Source: an uncultured virus (IMG/VR IMGVR_UViG_2565956946_000004)
Lineage: Duplodnaviria; Heunggongvirae; Uroviricota; Caudoviricetes
DNA length: 64,000 nucleotides
IMG/VR virus record: IMGVR_UViG_2565956946_000004
Direction: 5' to 3' (one strand)
The notes under the pieces were generated by a model. It did not search any database. It saw only the letters and a list, made by a program, of their open reading frames with translations, and was not told the DNA's origin. Each line of letters starts with the position of its first letter. Positions within the stretch are counted from its first letter, which is position 1. Positions 40,279 through 49,981 of the stretch are shown here, piece by piece. Made by a program: the position numbers and the translations under genes.

Positions 40279-42336
40279 ATGAACAATCGCATTGCTAATT
40301 TACGCAACGCTATCGTTGCAATCACAAATGCTCTCATTGAGAAAAAAATTGAAGTAACTCAAATAGGTATGGAAGCATACGTCAAGTCTGACATTAATGG
40401 AAATCCGATTTCTATCAATTTACCGTACCTTTCGGACAATGCATCAGAAGAACTTATAAGAGCAATACAGGGATTCTTAGATCATGAGGTTGCACATGTT
40501 CTTTTCTCTGATTTTAAAGCCCTAAATAGCGTTGGCGATTACCTTTTAAAAAGTCTCGCAAATATTTTAGAAGACGCCCGCATCGAAAAATGCATGGCTG
40601 AAAAATTTAGAGGTTCTGGTTCTAACTTAGATCACACCGCACACTTCTTTTTAGAAGAGATGATTACTCCGAAATTTAAAGAAGTTATGGCGCATCCCGA
40701 TGTTGATGAAACAAAGATTATGGGTATCTTGGCCACTCCATATCTCCGCAGCCTTTCGGGTCAATCAACTTTTGAAATTTATATGCGCGACAAGATTCAT
40801 TTGTTGCCAAATATTCATGCTGCCATCAAACACCTTGCGCCACAACTTCAATCAATGCAGTCGTCTCAGGATGCCGTTCGCTTAGCTAAAGAAATTTACA
40901 AAGCTCTAAAAAGTCCCGAAGACGAGAAACAACCCCCGCAAGATCAACAACAGGAAGAAGAATGTGATCAACAAGGAAATGGTCAATCTAACGAAGATGA
41001 AGATGAGCAACCAGGCGGCTCAGGTGGCGGAAATTCTGACGAAGATGAAGGTTCAGATGCAGACGGTCAGCAAGGCGCTGGTGAGGGAGATGATGGCGAT
41101 TCTGAAGAAGATGGTGCCGGTGAGTCTTCAGGCGATGCTGATGAGCAAGACGAACAAGGTGATGGAGGTAAAGGCGGTCAATCCGAAGATGAGGATGGTG
41201 GGAACGAATCAGATGGTAAAAGTGAGCGCCACCAAAATAAGTCTGACAAATCGAATGGTAAGGGCGACAGCAATGAAGGCAACGAGTCTAGCGACTCTGA
41301 GAATCAGACGTCAGAAAAGAAAAAGGAATTAAGAAAGCTTAATTTAGACGCTAAGGCGATTTTGCAAGAGATCGACAAGGAGTCAGCGAATGATTTTGAC
41401 GCCTCGTTTGCCGTTCAGTTAAGCAATGAAGCAAAAGACTTTGCTTGCACTGCGCCATATCTCGTTTATACAAACAGATATGACGTTATCGAAACATTAA
41501 AAATTGGCAGAAATTACAAATCGTCCTTTATGGATGATTTAGATAGAGCAACCAATAAAATTACGGGAACAATTCAAAAAGATTTGGAACGTCTTATGGT
41601 TGCTCGATCAGCAAGAACATGGGAGAACGGTTTACGGCAAGGAAAAATTAACCAGGCGTCACTTTCTCGTTTAGCTGTTAGAGACGACCGTATATTCCGT
41701 CGCAAACAAGAGAATCGTTCCAAAGATGTCGCTGTAACCCTCTTAATTGACTGTTCAGGTTCAATGAAGGGCGAACGCATTAACACAGCCTCTCAAGCGT
41801 CATATGCAATGTCATCTGTTCTTGACCGTCTCAACATTAATCATGAAGTTATTGGATTCACAACTAAAAACGGTGATCCACACGCAAAAGAAAGCTTTAC
41901 GCATAATGGCAAAACGATTCGATACACAAGAACGGAAGGTTTATATATGCCAGTCATTAAAGGGTTTAATGAGCGCTTAACGCTCGAAAACCGCCATCGT
42001 TTTGCATGGTTGCCTCATGTTAGGTTCTTAAACACGAATGTTGATGGGGAGTGTCTTCAAATTGCGGCACAGCGGCTAAGCGCTCAAAAAGAAGCACGGA
42101 AAATCATTATGGTGTTAAGTGATGGTAATCCAAATGGTAGCGGCCCGACCCCAACGCTAAACAAACACCTCAAAACAACCGTTCAGGAAATTTCTCGCTC
42201 AGGATTTGAAGTTATTGGAATTGGAATCAATACGCAAAGCGTAAAAGAGTTCTATCCAAAAAATGTCGTTTTGAGATCTGTTGCCGACTTACCTAACACG
42301 GTTATTGGCGAGCTTCGCTCATTACTTCTCAAGTAA
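40279..42336 (+). CDS. CobT-like vWA domain protein
   Basis: N-terminal DHEVAH motif, long acidic Gly/Asp/Glu linker, MIDAS DCSGS and VLSDG. Confidence 0.85.
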   Translation: MNNRIANLRNAIVAITNALIEKKIEVTQIGMEAYVKSDINGNPISINLPYLSDNASEELIRAIQGFLDHEVAHVLFSDFKALNSVGDYLLKSLANILEDARIEKCMAEKFRGSGSNLDHTAHFFLEEMITPKFKEVMAHPDVDETKIMGILATPYLRSLSGQSTFEIYMRDKIHLLPNIHAAIKHLAPQLQSMQSSQDAVRLAKEIYKALKSPEDEKQPPQDQQQEEECDQQGNGQSNEDEDEQPGGSGGGNSDEDEGSDADGQQGAGEGDDGDSEEDGAGESSGDADEQDEQGDGGKGGQSEDEDGGNESDGKSERHQNKSDKSNGKGDSNEGNESSDSENQTSEKKKELRKLNLDAKAILQEIDKESANDFDASFAVQLSNEAKDFACTAPYLVYTNRYDVIETLKIGRNYKSSFMDDLDRATNKITGTIQKDLERLMVARSARTWENGLRQGKINQASLSRLAVRDDRIFRRKQENRSKDVAVTLLIDCSGSMKGERINTASQASYAMSSVLDRLNINHEVIGFTTKNGDPHAKESFTHNGKTIRYTRTEGLYMPVIKGFNERLTLENRHRFAWLPHVRFLNTNVDGECLQIAAQRLSAQKEARKIIMVLSDGNPNGSGPTPTLNKHLKTTVQEISRSGFEVIGIGINTQSVKEFYPKNVVLRSVADLPNTVIGELRSLLLK

Positions 42337-42374
42337 TTCGTGAGCAAGATAGTCAGTTGGGGTTATTTAAATAA

Positions 42375-42392
42375 TCAGTCAGTACTGACTAT
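42375..42392. promoter_or_regulatory. Operator TCAGTCA-GTAC-TGACTAT
   Basis: Perfect core upstream of the MoxR ATPase. Confidence 0.85.
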
Positions 42393-42475
42393 CTTTTCCT
42401 AGAAGATATTAGTATCATTCACGCATATTCAAAAGACAAAGTTTTGTCAAAATCTATCTTTGTGAGATTTAAAAA

Positions 42476-43675
42476 ATGACTGTAAATCAAAATGAAACAA
42501 TCGCATGCGAAATTTGTAAAGCTCAAGTGCATTCTATACCTCATCACCTTAATACTGATCACCCAAAGGTGACTTTTGAGAATTATAAATCTTCTTATCC
42601 TAATGCACCGACCCAATCGCCAGCTTTAATCGAGCGCATCAGAATGAAAGCGGAAGAGCAGAAGAAAAAGGCTCAAGAACAAGCGGCAGCTCAGCCAGCT
42701 CAACCAAGTTCGGTAATTCAAAAGCCGGGTTCGTTCGTCGCTAAAGACACCTTAGTTGCGCGTAATTTACATGAAATTTTTGAAATCTCTGGCCCAGAAG
42801 GTAAAAACGCACAGGGTGATCCAATCCCAGTATCTTGTATTGAGAACTCATCATCACCAGACATGGTGCCTGAAATTAACAACACATACGTTTTTGAAAT
42901 TGATGTGTTGAAAAATACCCTTATCGCGCTTGAACTGAATATTCCTTTTTATGTTTGGGGCCACAAAGGTACTGGTAAAACAGAACTTATTGATCAGGTG
43001 GCTGCAAGAACTGGTCGACCAGTCGTTCGTATTCAGCACACCGCCAATACAGAAGAAGCACATATCGTCGGCATGTGGACTGTAGTTGATGGAAACATGA
43101 CTTTCCAACTTGGGCCGTTGGCGTTAGCGATGAAGCATGGCTGGTTATATCTTGCTGACGAATATGACTTTGCGCAGCCAAGTGTATTGTCTGTTTATCA
43201 AGCTGTTATGGAAGGTAAGCCGCTCAACATTAAAGAAGCTGACCCTGAAAATCGCATTATCAAACCTCATCCAAATTTCCGCTTCTGTGCGACGGGTAAC
43301 ACCAATGGTACGGGTGATGAAACAGGTTTGTATTCAGGAACAACCATTCAAAACACGGCGAACTATGACCGCTTTGGCATGGTGATGGAAAAGCATTACA
43401 TGTCTAAAGAAGATGAAGCAAAAGCCATTGTACGTCACACACAAATTGACCCAATAGATGCGAAAAATCTAGTTGAGTTTGCAACTAAGGTGCGCGCTGC
43501 TTATAGCAATAAAGAAATTAGCGATACGATTTCTTTGCGCTCTCTAATCTATGCGGCGAAATTAGGTGTGATGCGCGGCTCTATGAATACGGGTATCTCT
43601 TTAGCTTATGCCAACAAACAATCTTCCCGCGATTACGAAATTGTGAAGGGAATTGCGCAGCGAGTGTTCGGGTAA
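42476..43675 (+). CDS. CobS/MoxR-family AAA+ ATPase with N-terminal zinc finger
   Basis: CEIC..H..H; Walker A GHKGTGKT; Walker B LADE; HPNFRFCATGNT; DRF. Confidence 0.88.
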   Translation: MTVNQNETIACEICKAQVHSIPHHLNTDHPKVTFENYKSSYPNAPTQSPALIERIRMKAEEQKKKAQEQAAAQPAQPSSVIQKPGSFVAKDTLVARNLHEIFEISGPEGKNAQGDPIPVSCIENSSSPDMVPEINNTYVFEIDVLKNTLIALELNIPFYVWGHKGTGKTELIDQVAARTGRPVVRIQHTANTEEAHIVGMWTVVDGNMTFQLGPLALAMKHGWLYLADEYDFAQPSVLSVYQAVMEGKPLNIKEADPENRIIKPHPNFRFCATGNTNGTGDETGLYSGTTIQNTANYDRFGMVMEKHYMSKEDEAKAIVRHTQIDPIDAKNLVEFATKVRAAYSNKEISDTISLRSLIYAAKLGVMRGSMNTGISLAYANKQSSRDYEIVKGIAQRVFG

Positions 43676-43704
43676 TTCCGAACACTTCTTTGGGAGATAG
43701 CGGC

Positions 43705-44388
43705 ATGAATAAATCAGTAAACGAACTCTACAAAGAGCATGTTGGCTTAATCAACAAAGTAACAAGCAACATTTTAAAACGTGTTGCCAATATGCAAAGC
43801 GCAGGGATGCAGGTTCCGATCGAACTTCAAGACGGCGAAGACATTCACAACCTACTTTTTGAAGTTTTCGTGAAAACGATCAAAGGCTTTGATGAGAAAC
43901 AAAATTTTCGTTTCTCGACCTACTTCGTAAAGTCGGCATATAACCGTATTAATCGCATTATCGAAAATGCTGTTGGCGACCGTTCGATTAATACAGTCTC
44001 TTTCTTTGACCTTGCGAATCATCACGAAAGCGAGCCGGTAGATGCCGAAGTCTTTTTGGACGTAGAGCAGGAAAACTCATTAGAACAAGTGGATCTATCC
44101 AACCTTCTTAGCTACGTGCAAAAGCAATTAAGTCCTTTGGCCGTAGCGCTGCTTAAACAGGTTATTCATCCAGACCAAGAATTTGAGCGCGAGTATGAGG
44201 CTCAATATGCCAAAAGAGAGTTTGCGCTTCAATTTCACAGCTCCCACTACAAAGCGATGGTAAAGCCTCTCAATCTCGCATTTATTGTGCGCTGTGTTAA
44301 ACGCACAGCAAGAAACAATAAGGAGTTGGTGCTAATCGACGAAGCAGCAAAAGAGATCCGCAAATTGCTTAGCAATGAGCTTATGTGA
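43705..44388 (+). CDS. Sigma70 region-2-like transcription factor
   Basis: FVKTIKGFDEKQNFRFSTYFVKSAYNRI resembles sigma region 2.3-2.4. Confidence 0.6.
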   Translation: MNKSVNELYKEHVGLINKVTSNILKRVANMQSAGMQVPIELQDGEDIHNLLFEVFVKTIKGFDEKQNFRFSTYFVKSAYNRINRIIENAVGDRSINTVSFFDLANHHESEPVDAEVFLDVEQENSLEQVDLSNLLSYVQKQLSPLAVALLKQVIHPDQEFEREYEAQYAKREFALQFHSSHYKAMVKPLNLAFIVRCVKRTARNNKELVLIDEAAKEIRKLLSNELM

Positions 44389-44463
44389 CGCTTTTAAGTT
44401 AGTCAGCTAACAAACATCAGTTAAACGGTTTAAAGCGCTGTATGCGCAAAAGAGAGCGAATTA

Positions 44464-45153
44464 ATGACACACGAAAATGAACATAAAAAAGCTGCATTGA
44501 ATGCGCCCGCTTGTTTTGGTGCCGTCTCATGTTTTTCTCATGAAAGTGCGGTATGCAAAGAGTGTCCAGCATTTGAACAATGTATTCCAGCGGTAACAGA
44601 GACGTTAAATCGCATTAAGGGCGTAATTAACGTTGAGGACTATTTGAAAAAACACGAAAAGGCCAAGAAAGAAGCGAGAGCGCGCATTGAAGAGCGTATG
44701 AAGCAAGAAATGGCTGAAAAAGCAGCTGAACGCAAAGAAATGCCTATGCCTGAAATGAAAGTGCCGCGCAAAACTAAGGTTGAGAAGGTCGAATTTAAAT
44801 TAACAGACGATCAAAACACTCTAATCGCAGAGCTTCCAGTGAAAGCACAGTCGTTTGCGGTACAGCTTTGTAAGACTGGTTTAGTCGACCGTATCAAGAA
44901 AGACCTTACAGCTGGTGTTAATCCACTTGAAAAGACTGGCCCAAAGTGGCTTGCAATCCTTATTGAAATGTTAATTAAGGGCGGTGTAACACGCGCACAA
45001 TTGAAGAGCGAGTATATGAGCCGTCTTGAGTGGTCAGATGGTACAGCTGGCAGTCACACATCATTAGCTTTCAAGATTTTTCAGGCATTTGAAATCGCCG
45101 TTGAGTCTGAGTCAAAACTCATAGCTAATCCTAAGTTATTTGAATCTAATTAA
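44464..45153 (+). CDS. Hypothetical protein with N-terminal Cys cluster
   Basis: CFG..C...CKECPAFEQC metal-binding-like motif, coiled coil, possible C-terminal winged helix. Confidence 0.7.
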   Translation: MTHENEHKKAALNAPACFGAVSCFSHESAVCKECPAFEQCIPAVTETLNRIKGVINVEDYLKKHEKAKKEARARIEERMKQEMAEKAAERKEMPMPEMKVPRKTKVEKVEFKLTDDQNTLIAELPVKAQSFAVQLCKTGLVDRIKKDLTAGVNPLEKTGPKWLAILIEMLIKGGVTRAQLKSEYMSRLEWSDGTAGSHTSLAFKIFQAFEIAVESESKLIANPKLFESN

Positions 45154-45184
45154 TTTTTACTTATTAAATTGCTAAAGGAATGTA

Positions 45185-48100
45185 ATGAATATTAATCATG
45201 CCCTTTCCGTACAGTCGGACTTCTCGATTGGTCAGTCAATGCTTCAAGTTGATCATATCATTGAGAAAGCGAAGGAGTTGGGTTATCAATCGGTGGCTTT
45301 AGTGGATGATATGAGCGTGCATGCGTTAATTCAGTTCACTTACAAAGCTGAGAAAGAAGGCATAAAACCAATTGCTGGCGTGCGTGTACGTGTTTATGAC
45401 GACCCTACCTACCGTCGACCTACAAAACAATCTCAAGAGATTCCTAAAGAAAATCTGTCGTTTATCTGTAAGGTTTACGCGAAGACTGAGGTTGGATTCA
45501 AAGGGCTGCTTAGGCTATTGACCGAAGCAAATACTCCAGAGCGCTTTTATTACAATCCACGCTCGTGTTTAAAAGACTTGCTTGAGTTAGAAGACGTCAT
45601 CATATCTACAGGCGATATGTTCGGTATGTGTAGTCATCCAGACTATGAAAATATAGCTCGTCAACTCAAAGCGCGTTTTGGTGAAGATTTCTATGCGGAA
45701 CTTTGCCCTATAAACACTCCCCTTTTCGACAAAATGAATAAGCGCGCAATCGAGCTGGTTGGCTCATTGGGCTGCAAGCCACTTGTCACCTACCCTTTCC
45801 GCTACTTAGATAATGCAGACGCTAGTACGATGGATGTGATGAGTGCCATTGCGAGTAACACGCAGTTAGATGCACCTTTTCGCAGTCGTCAGTATGTTAA
45901 GGAATTTGCATTTGTAGAGCCTAGCGCAATCATAGACCGCACTAAAGCTGCTATTGCACGCGGAATTAAGTTTAATCGCACTGTACTTGACCCTAAATCG
46001 GTAACTGCAATTTGGACAAATGGCATTAAGAACTGCGAAGAAGTAGTGCAAAAGTGCCAGTACAAGTTTGAAAAACAACCAGTTTCATTGCCTAAACTCG
46101 CTAATGATGAGTTTAAGAAGTTGTGCGAGTTATGCGTTGAGGGTTGGAAAAAACGTTTTAGCAAGCCCGTCTTAGGCTATTTGCCACCTAAAAATTTACT
46201 CGATACCGTTTACAAAGAACGCTTAGGCTATGAGTTAAAAACGCTTAAAAACATGGGTTTTGAATCTTACTTCCTTATGGTTGAAGACCTTGTTACATGG
46301 GCGAAAAACAATGGTGTGATTGTAGGTCCGGGACGTGGTTCGGTTAATGGTTCACTTGTTGCGTATCTAATCGGTATTGCCGACGTCGATCCAATTCGAT
46401 TCGGTTTGATCTTTGAGCGTTTTATTAACCCTGAACGTTTAGACTTACCCGATGCTGACTTGGACTTTGCCTCTTCACGTCGTCATAAGGTCGTTGAGTA
46501 TTTGATTGATAAATACGGTAAAGACTACGTAGCGGGTATTTCCAACTATTCGACCTTAGCCTCTGCGTCAGCGCTACGTGATGTTGGTCGTCTAAGTGGT
46601 TTAACACCTCTTGAACTCACAGCTTCAAAATTCGTACTCAAAGATCATGGCCAAACAATGTCTTTGGAAGAGTCAGCTAAAGCGGTTCCTGAATTAGAGA
46701 AATTTAAAAAAGCACATCCTGAGATCTGGAAGCACGCGGTCAAACTTGCAGGCACAATGAAGTCATTTGGCCAACACGCTGCCGGTATTGTTGTTGCAGG
46801 TGAGCCGATTGTGAATCGCGCTGTATTAGAGCGAAGATCTGAAGACACTGTGGTCAATTGGGATAAACGCGTTGTAGAAGATTGCGGTTTGGTCAAAATG
46901 GACTTACTCGGTTTGTCCACTTTAGATACGCTGAATATCGCCCGTGATTATATTAAAGAACGTCATGGTATTTATCTAAATTACTTAGAAATTCCATTAG
47001 ATGACCCAAAAACATTGCAAGCTTTCGCAAACGGTAATACTACGGGCGTGTTCCAGTTTGAATCAGGAGGCATGAAGCAGCTGCTTAAAGATATTGCGAA
47101 AGGCGGTTCAATGACCTTTGATGATATTTCAGCTGCAACCGCGTTGTATCGTCCGGGTCCGATGGATTCAGGACTTTTAGATGATTATGTTGCTACGCGT
47201 CAGGGTATGCGTTCAGTAAGTTACGATCATCCTAATATGGTTGAAGCACTCAAAGACACGCTAGGCGTCATAATCTATCAAGAACAGGTAATGAAAGTCT
47301 CTGTGGATTTTGCAGGTTTTACAAATGCTGAAGCGGATAAACTCCGTAAAGCAATGGGTAAAAAGAATGTAGATGAAATGGCTAAAATGCGTCAAAAGTT
47401 CATTGATGGCGCCGTTGCTAAATCAGGAGTAGAACCAGGAGAAGCCGGTCGCATCTTTGACAAGATCGAAGCCTTTGCTGGCTATGGTTTCAACAAAAGT
47501 CACGCAACGGCTTATTCGATTATCTCGGTATGGTGTGCATACGTTCGTGTCCACTACCCTGCTGAGTATTTCGCAGCCTCTTTATCAATCGTAGACGAAG
47601 ACAAATTGAAGGGGTTGGTAAAGGATGCGCGCGAATGCGGTATCGAAGTATTGCCGCCCGATATTAACTTATCTTCTGATCGTTACACCATTTTAGACAA
47701 TCACAACATTCTTGCACCTTTTAACGCTGTAAAGGGTGTGTCAGAGACAACGGCGCGCGCTATTGTGAAATTACGCGAAAAGCATCGTGACTTGAAGATT
47801 GTTAAGTATAAACGCGACAAAACACCCGTTTGGGGCTATGACGACGATGCGCCAATTAAAAAACGTTTTGATAGTCTCTTTGAGTTCCAAGAAGCAGCAG
47901 CACAGCCTAAAACAAAGGTAAACAGCAAAGTGGTTGAATCGCTTAATGCAATTGGCGCTTTAGCGAGTGTTGAGCCTACTCAATTACCTGCACGACACGT
48001 CGACCGTCGCAAGGCTCAAATGGACTTATTGCCCGGCATTATCATTGATACTGTAAAAGCTGACCGTGTTGCTGATCTAACCGAGCAGCATTTAAAGAGT

Positions 48101-48640
48101 CGCATCATTATGGTGGCTCAAGAATACAAACAGTGTGACGCTTGTGATTTGAAAGGTAAAAAGCACCCTACTATGCGCTGTGGTAACAAAGTTAAGTTTA
48201 TGGTTGTCACAGATTGTCCTAACGTCGATGAGGACAAACAAGACAAACTTATGGTCGGTGATGTCTCAACTTATCTTAAACAGGCAATTAAAGACGCTGG
48301 CTTAAATCCTAGTGATGGTTATTACACAACTATGGTGAAAGCGCGTAAATCAGATAAGTTTCTTACTAACTCGCAGATTAACAACTGTAGTAAGTACTTG
48401 GAAGAAGAGATAAAACTCGTAAAACCGAGCATTATTGTTGCGCTAGGATCTTCGGTGGCCAAAAAGTTCTTACCGTCGGTTAAAGGTGGAATATCAGAAC
48501 TGAATGCTACAGCGGTTTATGACCCAACGCTTGATGCAACAATCGTATGCGGGATTAGTCCAGCTCAATTACCGTTTGACCCTTCAAAATTACCAGACCT
48601 TACTTTAGCCTTTGAAAAAGTGGCTGAAGTATTAAGTTGA
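45185..48640 (+). CDS. dnaE: DNA polymerase III alpha (DnaE-like) with C-terminal UDG family-4-like domain
   Basis: PHP domain, GPGRGS, PDADLDF, KMDLLGL, GVFQFES, YGFNKSH; C-terminal CDAC...IVALG UDG-like segment. Confidence 0.92.
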   Translation: MNINHALSVQSDFSIGQSMLQVDHIIEKAKELGYQSVALVDDMSVHALIQFTYKAEKEGIKPIAGVRVRVYDDPTYRRPTKQSQEIPKENLSFICKVYAKTEVGFKGLLRLLTEANTPERFYYNPRSCLKDLLELEDVIISTGDMFGMCSHPDYENIARQLKARFGEDFYAELCPINTPLFDKMNKRAIELVGSLGCKPLVTYPFRYLDNADASTMDVMSAIASNTQLDAPFRSRQYVKEFAFVEPSAIIDRTKAAIARGIKFNRTVLDPKSVTAIWTNGIKNCEEVVQKCQYKFEKQPVSLPKLANDEFKKLCELCVEGWKKRFSKPVLGYLPPKNLLDTVYKERLGYELKTLKNMGFESYFLMVEDLVTWAKNNGVIVGPGRGSVNGSLVAYLIGIADVDPIRFGLIFERFINPERLDLPDADLDFASSRRHKVVEYLIDKYGKDYVAGISNYSTLASASALRDVGRLSGLTPLELTASKFVLKDHGQTMSLEESAKAVPELEKFKKAHPEIWKHAVKLAGTMKSFGQHAAGIVVAGEPIVNRAVLERRSEDTVVNWDKRVVEDCGLVKMDLLGLSTLDTLNIARDYIKERHGIYLNYLEIPLDDPKTLQAFANGNTTGVFQFESGGMKQLLKDIAKGGSMTFDDISAATALYRPGPMDSGLLDDYVATRQGMRSVSYDHPNMVEALKDTLGVIIYQEQVMKVSVDFAGFTNAEADKLRKAMGKKNVDEMAKMRQKFIDGAVAKSGVEPGEAGRIFDKIEAFAGYGFNKSHATAYSIISVWCAYVRVHYPAEYFAASLSIVDEDKLKGLVKDARECGIEVLPPDINLSSDRYTILDNHNILAPFNAVKGVSETTARAIVKLREKHRDLKIVKYKRDKTPVWGYDDDAPIKKRFDSLFEFQEAAAQPKTKVNSKVVESLNAIGALASVEPTQLPARHVDRRKAQMDLLPGIIIDTVKADRVADLTEQHLKSRIIMVAQEYKQCDACDLKGKKHPTMRCGNKVKFMVVTDCPNVDEDKQDKLMVGDVSTYLKQAIKDAGLNPSDGYYTTMVKARKSDKFLTNSQINNCSKYLEEEIKLVKPSIIVALGSSVAKKFLPSVKGGISELNATAVYDPTLDATIVCGISPAQLPFDPSKLPDLTLAFEKVAEVLS

Positions 48641-48647
48641 TTTATCT

Positions 48648-48677
48648 GAAAAGTCAGTCACTACTGATTGACTTTTC
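48648..48677. promoter_or_regulatory. Extended operator palindrome GAAAAGTCAGTCA-CTAC-TGATTGACTTTTC
   Basis: Motif with one core mismatch, extended arms; between dnaE and the next gene. Confidence 0.7.
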
Positions 48678-48724
48678 GTTTAATAATTTTATAGTGACAC
48701 CTTATTTTTAACGCAGAGGTATTT

Positions 48725-49831
48725 ATGACAACTCAAACACAAGATTTCGCAACAGAACAGGACTTAGACAAACTATTTGAAGAATTAGACATGCTTGGCG
48801 AAATGCATTCTACGCCAGCTGAGCAACCTTCTGCACCAGCAGCAGAACCACAGCCTCAAGTAGTTCAACAAACAGTGACCGCACCTTCTCCACAGCCTCA
48901 AGCGGTACCTGAGCCGCCAGTGCAGCAAGTTATTACTCCTGAGCCAACCCCTGTTGCATCAACACCTCAAGCTATGTTCGCCAATTTTAATGTTGGTGGA
49001 ATGCTTAAACACGCTGAAGGAAAAGTTGAATTAGAACCAGAGACTCAAACCCCCCCACCACAACAGCAGACTACGTTACAACCGCCAGTTCCAGAAAGGG
49101 TGGACAATGATGCAGATCAAAAAGTTGTTGATCAAATATTTGCTACGACCGCTTCTACTCCATCCGCCGCTCCTGCTAATACTAGCGTCGTACCACCTAT
49201 CGCAACTGCTCCTAAAAATCCTCAACCTATTGCTGAGCAAGCTGCTCCAAGCCCTGCGCAACAAACATCAGCAATGGCTCAACAAAAGCGAGCAACGGGA
49301 TATGTCGGAAAATTAGGTATCACATTAGAAAACCTGAAATACAAGCCGGATGTACACGCATTTCAGATAGAAACAGCGATTTCCGATGTCACAATTGACC
49401 AATGTATGACAGCTCAACCTTCATTAATGGCTTACTGGTCAGCTCAACAAGCTCTCGCAGATCATCAGCAAGCACTGGCGAAGCGACAGCTCGAACATGT
49501 AGAAGCTACGTTGTTTCAGGTGTACCGTAAATCACTTATTAAAGCAGGTGAAAAGCCTACTGAACGTCTCATTGACGCTTATATTCGCAGAGACCCAACA
49601 TGGGAACTGGCTTATGACGTACATGCTACGGCAACGCAATACGCCAACATCCATAAGGGAAATGTGTTTGCGCTTGTACATCGTCGTGACATGTTAATTC
49701 AACGCGGATCTAGTTTGCGCGCCGAGCTACAAGGTCAGATGCGGATATTAAATCAAGATAATCATAATGACGATTCGATGGCCGCGGTTGAAAACGCTGC
49801 TCGCTCATTAAATCGTACATATACCCAATAA
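48725..49831 (+). CDS. Pro/Gln-rich protein with C-terminal UvsY-like helical domain
   Basis: Low-complexity N-terminal half; QPSLMAYWS...KPTERLIDAYIRRDP...RRDMLI helical domain; upstream of SSB/exonuclease/recA. Confidence 0.55.
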   Translation: MTTQTQDFATEQDLDKLFEELDMLGEMHSTPAEQPSAPAAEPQPQVVQQTVTAPSPQPQAVPEPPVQQVITPEPTPVASTPQAMFANFNVGGMLKHAEGKVELEPETQTPPPQQQTTLQPPVPERVDNDADQKVVDQIFATTASTPSAAPANTSVVPPIATAPKNPQPIAEQAAPSPAQQTSAMAQQKRATGYVGKLGITLENLKYKPDVHAFQIETAISDVTIDQCMTAQPSLMAYWSAQQALADHQQALAKRQLEHVEATLFQVYRKSLIKAGEKPTERLIDAYIRRDPTWELAYDVHATATQYANIHKGNVFALVHRRDMLIQRGSSLRAELQGQMRILNQDNHNDDSMAAVENAARSLNRTYTQ

Positions 49832-49837
49832 TTCTTA

Positions 49838-49867
49838 TTGAAAAGATCAGTCAGTACTGACTATACT
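49838..49867 (+). promoter_or_regulatory. Promoter TTGAAA-18-TATACT with operator TCAGTCA-GTAC-TGACTAT in the spacer
   Basis: Operator at 49847-49864 between the -35 and -10 boxes. Confidence 0.85.
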
Positions 49868-49981
49868 ATCAACCGTTAAAACAAGCGAATCGCAGCACGT
49901 CGAAATGAAGCGATTCGCAAGTTTTAACAAGTCTCAAAGCAACAAAGCAATCAACGCAAAGCTACTCAAGGAAATTGTAAC

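Noticed and set aside
40279..43675. Cobalamin biosynthesis (cobST) as metabolic cargo
   Set aside because: No cobN or other cob genes in the window; better treated as a generic MoxR-vWA pair
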